Shown in pieces: positions 51,401 to 60,955 of a stretch of 64,000 bases of DNA. Position 1 is the first letter of the stretch, and the number at the start of each line of letters is the position of its first letter. The position numbers and the translations under genes were made by a program. The DNA lies in IMG/VR virus record IMGVR_UViG_3300011616_000006, positions 32,001 to 96,000 of that record; one strand, 5' to 3'. A model generated the notes under the pieces. It ran no database searches. It saw nothing but the letters and a program-made list of their open reading frames with translations, and was not told the DNA's origin. This stretch comes from a virus. Lineage: Duplodnaviria; Caudoviricetes.

Positions 51401-51756
51401 TTCTTAGCAACAATAACCATATGACAATTGGTTTTGTCTTTTTCATGTCTGTCTTTCACCCAATAGGCTTCTGTTGAGTGCCTATACTTAAGATTTTCTT
51501 TTTCTGCAACATCATAAACAAAGAAATGATTGCCTTGCGATCCGTGTTCTCCAGAATACAAACATTTCGCATTCAACTCTTTGACCCTCTTTACATATTC
51601 ACTTAACAATTCTCCGCTGTCAGCGATATACGTATTTGAAAAGTCCTTATGACAGTGGTAGTCTTCTAAATAGAGATTTTGGGCATAGTCAGCTATTTCA
51701 TATGGAAACTTAAACTTTAATTTTGGAATAATTTCCTCTATTAACTCTTGATACAA
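48451..51756 (-). CDS. Family C DNA polymerase (DnaE-like, PHP domain)
   Basis: YHCH PHP motif, RGSSAS, PDID, HPCG, YAFNSPHA. Confidence 0.95.
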   Translation of the reverse strand: MYQELIEEIIPKLKFKFPYEIADYAQNLYLEDYHCHKDFSNTYIADSGELLSEYVKRVKELNAKCLYSGEHGSQGNHFFVYDVAEKENLKYRHSTEAYWVKDRHEKDKTNCHMVIVAKNKTGRADINYILSMANIDGYYYRPRIDLELLLNIPRDNIIVTSACIAGWNYDDAEEIWLKVWKYFGDNFFLELQANNTSKQKELNKRIIKMSEKYGIQIIAGLDSHYIGESGRVKRDQILKYKKVSYPEEAGWYMDYPDTTTLIRRFQEQGVLSDRQILTAIMNTNVFVDECEDIKLDKSFKIPNIYKDKSYGERVKLYHNILNQAYRKEPLKSKDKINGVRYEAKQVTESGVVDYFLTNQRLVHNAITEEGGILTTTSRGSSASFITNRLLGFTTVDRFNSDIPIYPERFLTKERVLAGQMPDIDLNIAEQEPFEKSGKKLLGEHGCYPLMAVGKLKEKSAWQLYAGANDVSAHDSLQISKYLDEFEKAKKYADEDARDLIVADDFIPQEYLSLYKESKEYQSIVINLIKHPCGYILFDGDIRREIGLITAISETTKERTLVACIEGKYLDKFGYLKDDFLIVDSVHLTYKLFKSLGMEVPSFEELKEMIKEDNKTWDIYEKGITCCINQCEQIKTIPKVMKYKPKSLAELSAFIAAIRPGFASSLKIFLDRQPYSTGEDRINELLKDTAHFMLYQESIMKVLSFLGMAMDNTYSVIKSISKKEYKDNPEKLAELKKELIKSWRKEIGNVNNFETVWKIIEDSAFYAFNSPHAYSMGGDSAYQAWVKGHYPFTFYEVAINHYQDKGKKDKIDSLVKECIKHYSVRLGGYEFGKDNRRVTIDRAAKVIYPSLSSVKNFGIKVVSELYEIGKYEYSSFVEILSAIESTSVNSSRVEDLIRIEYFKNFGDVNTLLATKKYYDLLIAAKQLSKKKITENGIAEDIVKKYGNETKTLYNQLNNTGLLEELIKGVEYKPLSLKDKLDNEHRILGILSTTEPNASKLLYYVSGLEVLKSITNIKLYEIYSGKTRDLKMWTNAFNRHPFEEMDILIISSCEKKHKKEPTGEINPQTGKKIYADVPDKFEFWLQKYKVKRTENEEDQELLY

Positions 51757-53361
51757 TTAATCACCACCTATCCATATTTTGTTACAAACGGCCTTTAATA
51801 CAAATTTTTTTCCTAAAAATCCACTATCTAAGGTGCAAACACAGGAAACAATATCTCCCATAATCGCCGCATCTTCATACACCTCAAACGAGCCGCTGTA
51901 ATTCCATTTGATGACAAGTAGATAGTTATTTGGTTGTACAACCAAATGCTTAAAATTACTCATGTTGCTTATTCCATAATCTTCAATATTGGTAATATAT
52001 ACCTGTACTGGCTTGAACTTTTCACCCGCTACTTTATCAATTAGTTTTATTTGTTCTATTAATCCTCTTGTGATATCGGATACATCCAATTGAATATCTG
52101 CAGCAAGTTCTGTAATATCAGGTTCTTGCATTGCAAGACTTTCTTCTATATACAATGAGAAATCATCAAATAGATTCTTATCAATCTCTATACCACTTGC
52201 TAATTCATGTCCGTTGGCCTCTGCAAAACTGCTGTCGTTGCATATCTTTCTAAAATCGCTTACGCCAATCGCTCTCATAGAACCACATAATTTATCACCA
52301 CAATCTTTTAAAACAAGTATTGGTCGCTGATATTGCTCAAGTAATTTGCCAGCAATCAGTCCAGACACACCATATTCACTTTCTATGATGACGGGAATCA
52401 TCTTTTTTTCTTTTTGCTTCTCACATTGCATCAATACTGAGGGAAACAATCTTTCAACCTCATAGTTTTGACGTTCTCGACAGGCTACAAGGGCCTTTTT
52501 ATATTTTAAAATCTCTTTATTATCATCCGACAAAAATAAATTCATTGCGGCCTCATTTTCATTCATACGGCAAGAAGCGTTAATCAGCGGCGCGATACTG
52601 AATGATATGGCTGTTGAGTTAAAATCAAAACTTCCAATAATCTTCTTCACAGCTGGATTATAAATAGTTTTCAGACCTTCATTTACAATATAGCGATTTT
52701 CCATGACAGTCATATCCATCATATCTGCTATAATTCCACATGCTGCCAGATCAATTAATTCATCTGCGTAGTCTGTCAGTTCTTGTTCATCTATATATTT
52801 GCAGAATTTCCATACCACACCAGAACCAGATAATTGGGGATTTTCATATCCCAGCTGGGATGATACCAGTGTTATATATTCCGAATAAGGAACTTTATCA
52901 TCAACAGCATGATGATCCAATACAATTACTTCTATCCCCATTTCTTTCAGTTTTTCATATTGTGAAGTATTTTTATCAAGGCTATCAACAATTATAAGAA
53001 GATCAACATCTGCAAACCGACTGATATCTTGATTAATCAATCCATGAGCTTTACCATTATTAATAAATGTATGAACCTTCTTTTTATCTGTTATGTTCCA
53101 CAAATATCTTGCCGCAATAGTCCCGGCAGAGATGCCATCAACATCAACATCATAGAGAACACCTATTTCTTTATTCAAATGGCTAAACAAGATTTTATAG
53201 GCCTTGTCAATATCTTTCAAAGAATCCAAAGGCAGTAAATCCGCTTCGATTGGATTCAGAAATCGGTCTATATCTTCTACACCCCTTTGTTTTAAAATGA
53301 CTTCAAATATTTCACTTTCACACATTCCGCGACAATCATTTAACACATTACATTTATTCAT
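51757..53361 (-). CDS. RecJ-like DHH exonuclease
   Basis: YDVDVDG, LDHH, IADMM, GSMR, GHELASG. Confidence 0.92.
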   Translation of the reverse strand: MNKCNVLNDCRGMCESEIFEVILKQRGVEDIDRFLNPIEADLLPLDSLKDIDKAYKILFSHLNKEIGVLYDVDVDGISAGTIAARYLWNITDKKKVHTFINNGKAHGLINQDISRFADVDLLIIVDSLDKNTSQYEKLKEMGIEVIVLDHHAVDDKVPYSEYITLVSSQLGYENPQLSGSGVVWKFCKYIDEQELTDYADELIDLAACGIIADMMDMTVMENRYIVNEGLKTIYNPAVKKIIGSFDFNSTAISFSIAPLINASCRMNENEAAMNLFLSDDNKEILKYKKALVACRERQNYEVERLFPSVLMQCEKQKEKKMIPVIIESEYGVSGLIAGKLLEQYQRPILVLKDCGDKLCGSMRAIGVSDFRKICNDSSFAEANGHELASGIEIDKNLFDDFSLYIEESLAMQEPDITELAADIQLDVSDITRGLIEQIKLIDKVAGEKFKPVQVYITNIEDYGISNMSNFKHLVVQPNNYLLVIKWNYSGSFEVYEDAAIMGDIVSCVCTLDSGFLGKKFVLKAVCNKIWIGGD

Positions 53362-53369
53362 TAATCGTT

Positions 53370-53413
53370 AGAGTAAAGATATCTTTTCGCTGCGCAGCAA
53401 ACCCCCTTACTCC
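53370..53413 (-). promoter_or_regulatory. Leader hairpin with palindromic apex, copy B
   Basis: GGAGTAAGGG...GCTGCGCAGC...TCTTTACTCT. Confidence 0.65.
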
Positions 53414-53417
53414 TCTC

Positions 53418-54422
53418 TTAAATATACTTTATTTCTTCTTGTAAAATCCGTTTCAACTCTTCGCCCCCCAGGTCTGATGCAGAAATTTTGTTGCCATAAT
53501 TCTTGTCAAAATTGTCCCAATAACCAACATCCATTTCACTAAATCTGGAATAGCTCTTTAAGACCATGATGTTTCTTTCAATATTGTCATACTTATAACC
53601 AACATCATGCATGAATATTACTCGTCTAGGATTCAACTCCATTATCATCTGCGCCTGTTTAGAACTCAACGAACCACTTCCTAACCCTATTGCATATCTT
53701 ATTCCATAGGAAAAACATTGCATGGGCGATTTTTCCGCTTCAAATATCAAAACTGTATCACCCTGCATATACTTATAGTTCTGCGAATATCCATACAGTT
53801 GTTGGGACATCTGACACGGGAGAAGATAATAATACTTTTGATCTCCATCTAAAACATCGTAATTACATCGTGCCTTTATCCCAACGAGCTGTCCGAGCTG
53901 ATCCCTAATTGGAATTACAATAGTCTGAGATCTTCGGTCGTAGCAAATACCGAAATATTTTTGAGCTGAAAGTGAAATGTTGTCTCTAAGAAATCTTAAG
54001 TTCCCACAGTTTTCATAGTCCTCTAATAGTGAATCATCGTATGTATTAATTGTTGATTTCTTGTATTTTCTTACTTTGTCATAGATGCCACCAAAAATCC
54101 CTCTGTTGGTTTCAAAAAAATCATAATAATCTTCAATTCCAAGTATTGATCTTATGGTTCTCATCACATCAGAAAACTCTACGCTTCTCTGGGTGCAAAT
54201 AAAGCTTATCAATTCCTTATATTCATTTCTTGCCCAGTCTTTAACATACAGAAACTCGTTGTCATCAAGATGGATCGTAATCGATTTAGGGCTTGATGAT
54301 TCACTACGGCCAAACTGAATATATTTATTCCGAATGATTATGTTCGCATATCCAAAGTTAGCTAAAACCTGTCTTATTCTTTCAGGTTCTTTTAGTAACT
54401 CCTTTTTTATTTCTTTTAGCAC
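53418..54422 (-). CDS. DnaG-like TOPRIM primase
   Basis: IPIRD..G.LVGIK.R, LYG, IFEAEKS, FMHD. Confidence 0.85.
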   Translation of the reverse strand: MLKEIKKELLKEPERIRQVLANFGYANIIIRNKYIQFGRSESSSPKSITIHLDDNEFLYVKDWARNEYKELISFICTQRSVEFSDVMRTIRSILGIEDYYDFFETNRGIFGGIYDKVRKYKKSTINTYDDSLLEDYENCGNLRFLRDNISLSAQKYFGICYDRRSQTIVIPIRDQLGQLVGIKARCNYDVLDGDQKYYYLLPCQMSQQLYGYSQNYKYMQGDTVLIFEAEKSPMQCFSYGIRYAIGLGSGSLSSKQAQMIMELNPRRVIFMHDVGYKYDNIERNIMVLKSYSRFSEMDVGYWDNFDKNYGNKISASDLGGEELKRILQEEIKYI

Positions 54423-54444
54423 ATCTCACTTTCACCTCCTCTAA

Positions 54445-55998
54445 CTATTTTATTTCGCCATGTTTGATTCTACATTGGGCGGTCTCACGAAAAATCGCAT
54501 AATCGCCTGAAAATTTACTGAGGTAACAAATCCCGTTATCACTAGAATTTGCTCCACTTCTACATTTTTCTGTAAATATAACACGCCACACAGCAGTTGG
54601 ATCGGGCTTATATTCCTCTTCTATCCATTTGTCATTGACCTTTTTTAGTCTAAAAGGATGACAATAATACTTACTCTTAGGATCTAGTTCTTCATCAAAA
54701 ACATTTCGCATAAAAAACAGATTTTCTAAAACTTCTTTTATCTGTTTTGAATTAGTTAAGACAGATGAATCCAAGAACAATTTTCCTTTCATACTTTCCA
54801 GCAGCTGAACAGATCCAAGCATTATTATGTTGTATTTCTTTGCTAATCTGTCTAATTCTCTACTATCTCGCACAAGAGCCAAATCCTGTCTTTGTCCTTT
54901 AAAATCGTTTTCAGACAATTTAAATGTGTCTACAAGCACAGTGTCATATGCATAACGTAACACATTTTCACGAATCTTCTTTTTGTATATTGATATATTG
55001 GATGTGTTTACTTCAATAAATTTCAATCTGCCTTTATAATTATCTCTCCAATATTCTTGGGCGATCTTTATGTACTCTCTGTCCTCGTCCGTGATGTTTC
55101 CGCTCATCAACTTTTTCTTCGTCAGCTTGAAATATCTACAGTATTTACCCAATATCCAAACAAGAAACTTCAATTTGAACTTTTTCGAATTTTCCTCGTT
55201 GGAAATAATAAGTATTTTTTTATCTTGATATAGCAATGCCATGATAATCGTTACCCACCAGGTACTTTTTCCTGTGCTACTAAAGCCTCCCATCATGGTA
55301 AAGGTTCCTGGTAAAAGCCCATTAATTTGCTTTGATAGAAATGGAAAGCAGTTTATCTCATCCAGATTTATATCATCACCAGCTGTACCAAAATCAACTC
55401 CATTTTCTTCTCCGCTTGAACACGATTCAATGAATGAATCCGGGAAATCGATTTCTTCTTCTTCCAACACACTACTTGACTGACCACAATCGTAACTCTC
55501 TATTCTTGCAGAATACCAATCACACACTTCTTCCGCAGTCATTTTTCGCAACAGTTTAAGCGGAATCACAAATTTCTCATTGAGGCTTATCTTCCCCAAC
55601 AGATTAAAACCATCTCTGTGCATACTAAGCAGTATGTTTTCGCGATATAGGATATCTAAATATATATCAAAGTTTTTTGCATTTATTATTTCAATTTGAT
55701 GTTGAATTGTTTCCCACCCACCGCAAGCGTTATATCTTTCGATAACCTCTTCATTCATATTGCTAAGAATTGTAACTTCATCCAGGGAATAGAACCCCTT
55801 CTTCCTTAACTGCTTCAGCAGCGAAAAATAGAAGTAACCATCTTGCGTAATGAAATTTTCAGATTCTAGCGTTGTTTCATCTAATAAAAGCATATCATTG
55901 AAAAAACAGCTAACAACATTTCCTTCTATTTCAAGACGGCCTTTTAACAATTGTTCAGGATATTTATCTTTAACGCCTGTCAGGAAATCCTTTTCCAA
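54445..55998 (-). CDS. DnaB-like replicative helicase
   Basis: GGFSSTGKS, ISNE, LVDT, VQL, KCR.G. Confidence 0.88.
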   Translation of the reverse strand: MEKDFLTGVKDKYPEQLLKGRLEIEGNVVSCFFNDMLLLDETTLESENFITQDGYFYFSLLKQLRKKGFYSLDEVTILSNMNEEVIERYNACGGWETIQHQIEIINAKNFDIYLDILYRENILLSMHRDGFNLLGKISLNEKFVIPLKLLRKMTAEEVCDWYSARIESYDCGQSSSVLEEEEIDFPDSFIESCSSGEENGVDFGTAGDDINLDEINCFPFLSKQINGLLPGTFTMMGGFSSTGKSTWWVTIIMALLYQDKKILIISNEENSKKFKLKFLVWILGKYCRYFKLTKKKLMSGNITDEDREYIKIAQEYWRDNYKGRLKFIEVNTSNISIYKKKIRENVLRYAYDTVLVDTFKLSENDFKGQRQDLALVRDSRELDRLAKKYNIIMLGSVQLLESMKGKLFLDSSVLTNSKQIKEVLENLFFMRNVFDEELDPKSKYYCHPFRLKKVNDKWIEEEYKPDPTAVWRVIFTEKCRSGANSSDNGICYLSKFSGDYAIFRETAQCRIKHGEIK

Positions 55999-56004
55999 TA
56001 TGTT

Positions 56005-56505
56005 TTATCCCTCCAATTCTATTTCAGCCAAACTCCTTCGGCATTTTTGTGGCTTATATTTCATTTCAATCACATCAACTGAAACTTGTTTTTTTATATT
56101 CAGAATTTCTTTTCGAGTAAAATCAGCCAAAGAATTCTTGAGTATTGCTGTGAAGTAACGAATTTGAGCAAATTCACTCTTGAAGTCCTTTCCGACGATA
56201 GAGGACAATTGATTCTCGTTCTCTTTTAAATAGGCGAATATTTGTGAGTATGTATATATATTTGCCAGATCTTGTATTTCCTTAAATAAAATGGTATTTG
56301 TAATTCTTCGGCCAAATATTTCATAAATCAGAATGAATGTATTATCCTTTTCATCCTTTCTCTTGTTCCATTCATCGCATTCCTCTTTGCTACAGTAATA
56401 GACATTCTTTTCTTTTATGATCTTTTTATAGGCCAAGCTTCTCTCGATCTTATTGCCACAAATCTTACATTTTACGAGTATAATTTCACCCCCCTTTAAA
56501 ATCAA
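56005..56505 (-). CDS. Zinc-binding replication protein (possible ATA start at 56481)
   Basis: CKICG...YYCSKEEC; immediately upstream of the helicase. Confidence 0.7.
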   Translation of the reverse strand: MILKGGEIILVKCKICGNKIERSLAYKKIIKEKNVYYCSKEECDEWNKRKDEKDNTFILIYEIFGRRITNTILFKEIQDLANIYTYSQIFAYLKENENQLSSIVGKDFKSEFAQIRYFTAILKNSLADFTRKEILNIKKQVSVDVIEMKYKPQKCRRSLAEIELEG

Positions 56506-56543
56506 AGCAGGGAATCGAACCCTACTTCGACAATTTTTAAGTA

Positions 56544-57692
56544 TTAATTATTTAGTTTGTCATACAATTTTTTCAGTTCATCATCTGGAACATCTGTAAA
56601 TTTACCAAATGTCTTAACTGTTTCTCTCACTTCTGTCTTGAGATCATCAACCTTACAATTTTTGAACAGATCCCTTGTTGCCCCAATCAGATCATCAGGA
56701 TAATTATCATCATCAAAAGGAAGTTCATTCACTGTGTCTTCATTCGTGGTATCATCCTGCAACTCGTCTTTATCAATGTCGTCTTTTCCTGAATCTTCAG
56801 TAACTTCCCTTTGTGTAGTCTTGCTGTTGACAAATTTGGAAACGCTAGATGCTTCAATAGCATCTTCTAGTGCCTTAATAAAAGCATCTGAATTCATTGG
56901 AACACTGTCAACAATTCCACTAAATCTCGACTTACTATCAACAGAATAATTATCATCTCTAAATACAATTTTTCTGTATTCCTCTTTCACTTTGTTAACT
57001 GTTATTTCTTTTTTGGTAGCAATATTTTTTCTACCGGTTCCCTCCACCTCAATGGTTCTGTCAATACAGCCCATTCCAACAACATGCATCTTTGATTTAA
57101 ATCCATTGAAGTATTTTTGCATCATATTTGTTGTTAGCGTTGTATATGTTGAATTTGAGATTGGATCAATGATATCACGAACTTTGACATGACCTGTATA
57201 CCAAACCCGAACACCAACCTGTTTCAATGCCCACACCTTATTTAAAATAATTTCAACAACTTTATCTTCACCTCGCCCAAATCCACCACAAGCAGCATTT
57301 AATGTTTTAGCGGGAACAAAATCCTTTTTTCCAAGATTCTCTGAGTTCCATGCACGAACAACTTCTGGCTCAGTGATTTCAATGATCTGATCCAGAGTAT
57401 CAAAAATAACCACCTTTAAGTCTGGATAATCTGTCTTCTTATTTTTCACGATATCAGACACTACAGCATCGAATTTCTTCCAATTTTCAATATCCTCATA
57501 AGACGCATAAGGTAAGCAGTCAACTCCCTGTTCTTTACCAGCATTAAATATCATGTAGCCATCTGACCCAAAAAGTTTTTCGCAGGTCTCATACATGGTT
57601 GTTGTTTTACCAATTCCACTTTCTCCCAATAAGCATACCGAATAATTTTCTAATCCTTTTTTAACAACATTCTTTTTTCCAAACTTAGCCAT
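56544..57692 (-). CDS. AAA_24/Sak4-like P-loop ATPase
   Basis: GESGIGKT, VIFDTLD, GH, KSR. Confidence 0.82.
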   Translation of the reverse strand: MAKFGKKNVVKKGLENYSVCLLGESGIGKTTTMYETCEKLFGSDGYMIFNAGKEQGVDCLPYASYEDIENWKKFDAVVSDIVKNKKTDYPDLKVVIFDTLDQIIEITEPEVVRAWNSENLGKKDFVPAKTLNAACGGFGRGEDKVVEIILNKVWALKQVGVRVWYTGHVKVRDIIDPISNSTYTTLTTNMMQKYFNGFKSKMHVVGMGCIDRTIEVEGTGRKNIATKKEITVNKVKEEYRKIVFRDDNYSVDSKSRFSGIVDSVPMNSDAFIKALEDAIEASSVSKFVNSKTTQREVTEDSGKDDIDKDELQDDTTNEDTVNELPFDDDNYPDDLIGATRDLFKNCKVDDLKTEVRETVKTFGKFTDVPDDELKKLYDKLNN

Positions 57693-57753
57693 TACAATCT
57701 CCTTTAATTAATGTTTTGGAAGGGGCGAAAACAATCGCCCCATATTATATTGA

Positions 57754-58959
57754 TTACAGGTCGTCGTCATCATCCTCAAAGAGACCCGGAACATCTTCAG
57801 GAAGATCTTCGTTGAGAGGTTTGATTATCATATCATCAACTGAATAGACTGTTTCCTGTTTTCCTTTAGTGAATCCGCGCGCCGGTTTAACAAATTGTAA
57901 TTCCTGAATCCTATCCCCATATACACTCCCGCCAAGTTCTGCTCTAATGTCATCCAAGGTGATAAGTCCGCAGTCAATGTCCTCTCTCTGGTCATCTGTC
58001 AACATATCGTTAGTAATTTCAACCTTCTGTGCGCCATTAATCATACTTACGACAACTCCATATTCATAAACCTTATCGTCATCAATTGTAAACTTACGCA
58101 AGATTGCTTTGACGCGCTTTGCTTCCTTTTCATCTTCAGATCCTAAAATTGCAATAGTGATGGGAACCGGAATATTGACCTTGCGATTTGATTCATATTC
58201 CATATGAAATCCATTTACATAATATTTTCCTGTTTCCTCAAAAGACAGATCATCAAGTGAGTTAGAATCAAACAAAACGTTTACTGTCGCAGTAGAATAT
58301 TCTTCTGCATCTTCTGCTGCTAAATAAATGCGATTGGGAATATAATTTTCGTATACTCTTTGCTTATCATCTGAATATGAATAGTCTGCATTGCCTCGAA
58401 TAAGAAACTTATTATTATCGTATTTACCGCTGTCAATAACCTTTTTGATAAAATCAACAAAGTCCCATTCTGAAATATATTCATGTCTTCTCTTTTTGCT
58501 TTTTTCTAACTCTTCAGCAACATCTGCTTCTGATGTCACTTCAATTTCTTTTAGTTCTTCATCTGTAAGGCTGGTTCCCTCTTTAACCTTTTCGGCAGCT
58601 TTCTCAAGTTTGTATCGTCTTCCTGGCTTCTCAAGATCGAATACAAACTTCTTAAATTCTGCGATTTCAGGAATATATTTTGAAGTAAGTCTTTCTTTAA
58701 ATGGTATTTGAATTGGTTCGCCTTTCACTTTCTTACCAGATGCATCAGTTGATCCCTTCGTAAAAGAATAAACATCCCCATGTCCATCAGCAAAGGCCCC
58801 AGCTTTTACTTGTAATAAATGTCTGCTATCACCACAGGTTGCAGTAAACCTAATTGTTTTGTTCATCCAACCAGATGACTCATAATTTTTTTCTTCATAT
58901 GGATGAAATTTCTCACTATCTTTGCCCAAACTCAACTTTCCAATCATTTCAAAATTCAT
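57754..58959 (-). CDS. Probable ssDNA-binding protein
   Basis: First gene of the replication operon; acidic tail FEDDDDDL. Confidence 0.55.
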   Translation of the reverse strand: MNFEMIGKLSLGKDSEKFHPYEEKNYESSGWMNKTIRFTATCGDSRHLLQVKAGAFADGHGDVYSFTKGSTDASGKKVKGEPIQIPFKERLTSKYIPEIAEFKKFVFDLEKPGRRYKLEKAAEKVKEGTSLTDEELKEIEVTSEADVAEELEKSKKRRHEYISEWDFVDFIKKVIDSGKYDNNKFLIRGNADYSYSDDKQRVYENYIPNRIYLAAEDAEEYSTATVNVLFDSNSLDDLSFEETGKYYVNGFHMEYESNRKVNIPVPITIAILGSEDEKEAKRVKAILRKFTIDDDKVYEYGVVVSMINGAQKVEITNDMLTDDQREDIDCGLITLDDIRAELGGSVYGDRIQELQFVKPARGFTKGKQETVYSVDDMIIKPLNEDLPEDVPGLFEDDDDDL

Positions 58960-59099
58960 ATATATTCAATTACCTCCGTATAATTATTTGTATATAAACT
59001 TTGCTACTGGGACGAATCTTTGAAATATGAATTTCGTCTTATTTAATTTTTTTATTTCTATAGCCAAATGGTTGAACTATTAATATCGTGCACATATTT

Positions 59100-59153
59100 T
59101 GGACACTAAGGGAGTCGAACCCTTCCACCATAAGAACCCACATTCTAGCGCCC
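59100..59153 (-). ncRNA. tRNA-like mini-structure (acceptor stem plus T arm, no anticodon arm)
   Basis: GGGCGCT/AGTGTCC-A; AAGGG-TTCGACT-CCCTT. Confidence 0.6.
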
Positions 59154-59272
59154 GTCACACTTGCGATATCATAGTTTAAGCTTAAAAAAAATATAAAAAT
59201 CAAACCATCTATATAAAGTCACAGCAGCAAAGGATATTTTAGTTCATTGAAAACCTTCTTTTATTCGTTTGG

Positions 59273-60261
59273 CTATCCCAGTGGATTTATCCCGAAGCAA
59301 CCAATTGCCTCAACAACTACAGGATTATCACTGACTAATGTAATCTCACTCTCTTCAATAATCCCGTACACCTCACTGTGTTTTCCCTCACACTCTCCCA
59401 AAAATAACTCTTGACCAATCAGGCCCCTAACTTCTTCATCAGTGGCTGTAAACAAACCACCGATAAAGGCATAGTCAGAATCCCATTCAAATTTCCATAG
59501 TTTTTTCACTTAAAATCACCTCACTTTCTCCAAAAAAAGGTGCAAAAAATATAGAGCTGCTTAAATCAGCACTATATCGTCTCCGATATTTAGTTTTTCC
59601 ACCATATTTGATTCGTCACAAATAACTTTGTTCATATCCATATGCGTAATGACCAACGATCAATTTGCATTTCTCACATTGAATATCGGCTTCGCACAAA
59701 ATAGATCCAATACCGTCTAAATAGTCTTTATTCGTATAGACAAGAGCCTTACAGCCACACTTACACATTATTGGTTCATGATACTTATTTTCATAACCTA
59801 GTGCACGCATCTTCAGATGGTGAATCTCCTCGCTTAAAATGAACATTAGCAACTCAATACGTCGTTTAATCTGGGCATCCCTTTTTTTCTTATTTTGTCT
59901 CAATATATACCTTTTCTTCGCTTACTATTTTCCAGAACACATAATTTGATTTTGGGATTCCGCATACACGCCCAGACTTAAAATCATCAACTGTGTAACT
60001 ACAATATACTGGGCGACACTTTATATCATCAAACCATATAGGAACAAAATCCACCCCATCTGCGCCATATTCAAGCATCATATCAAAAATAGTCTTCATT
60101 AATACCTCATCTCTATCAATAAAATATTGGTTTCTTTTATCTCATGAGTAATCATCACACGAGTCATTATAATCAACATAATCTCCATGACGTTGACAGT
60201 AACCATCTTCGCAACTCATTGTGAGATAATAAGCACAATCTTCACATCTATCATAATCCAT
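59273..60261 (-). CDS. Four small hypothetical genes (59273-59509, 59616-59903, 59890-60099, ~60142-60261)
   Basis: ORFs with SDs. Confidence 0.6.
59544..59577 (-). terminator. Intrinsic terminator
   Basis: ATATAGTGCTG...CAGCTCTATAT-TTTTT. Confidence 0.6.
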
Positions 60262-60292
60262 TTAAATTCCCTTTCTTTAATACAAATTTTAA

Positions 60293-60925
60293 TCAGTCTT
60301 CGTCATTCGTCTCCATCAGTTCATCACAATTGCCACATTTAATTTTTGCATCGCGCCCGGCCTTAGCAGTCTGATCACATCCTGAACAGATATATTTGAA
60401 CGACTTCTTTTCTCTCGGTTTTTTTACTTTCACTGGTACAACAGATCCAAGCCGGAAATATTTAAATGCTTTTGGATCAGGTTTCATTTCTTCAACGATA
60501 AAAGTTTTCAATGATTCCGACAGTGATGTATAGCCCCATCCATATTGTTTTGACTTTTCACAGATCAGACCAACTCGTTCCGCTGCAGTCTTAAACTTCT
60601 TATTATGTACTTGACCGTTACAGTCTTTGATCTCATTTTGTCTATTAACGTAGTGAACCATTTCATGATGAAGGGTCTCAATAATTTCTTCTGCCGGACG
60701 ATTCATATTTACCGGATTAATATTAATCTCGTACCTAGCGGATTCTTCATTCTCAGTTTCGTTTTGATTCTTCCATACTTTTCCCAGCGTAAAATGTCCC
60801 AGATTATTTGGTCTTGATTTCTGAATTGATATAACCGGTTCTGGTAATTTTCCTTCATAATACTTTGCGTTTAAGATATCAAAACATCTATGTAGCTCAT
60901 CGAGAGCTGCGCCTATAATATTCAA
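60293..60925 (-). CDS. SprT-like zinc metalloprotease
   Basis: TLHHEMVH...HNKKF; C-terminal CxxC pairs. Confidence 0.88.
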   Translation of the reverse strand: MNIIGAALDELHRCFDILNAKYYEGKLPEPVISIQKSRPNNLGHFTLGKVWKNQNETENEESARYEININPVNMNRPAEEIIETLHHEMVHYVNRQNEIKDCNGQVHNKKFKTAAERVGLICEKSKQYGWGYTSLSESLKTFIVEEMKPDPKAFKYFRLGSVVPVKVKKPREKKSFKYICSGCDQTAKAGRDAKIKCGNCDELMETNDED

Positions 60926-60955
60926 TAATAACTCCTCTCATATAATGCAGGTCAA

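Noticed and set aside
34775-51756. Inteins or introns in nrdD, ligA or dnaE
   Set aside because: Normal lengths, continuous frames and no splice motifs seen
57722-57741. GGGGCGA/TCGCCCC hairpin as a terminator
   Set aside because: No convincing U-tract on the coding strand; probably an mRNA-stabilising stem
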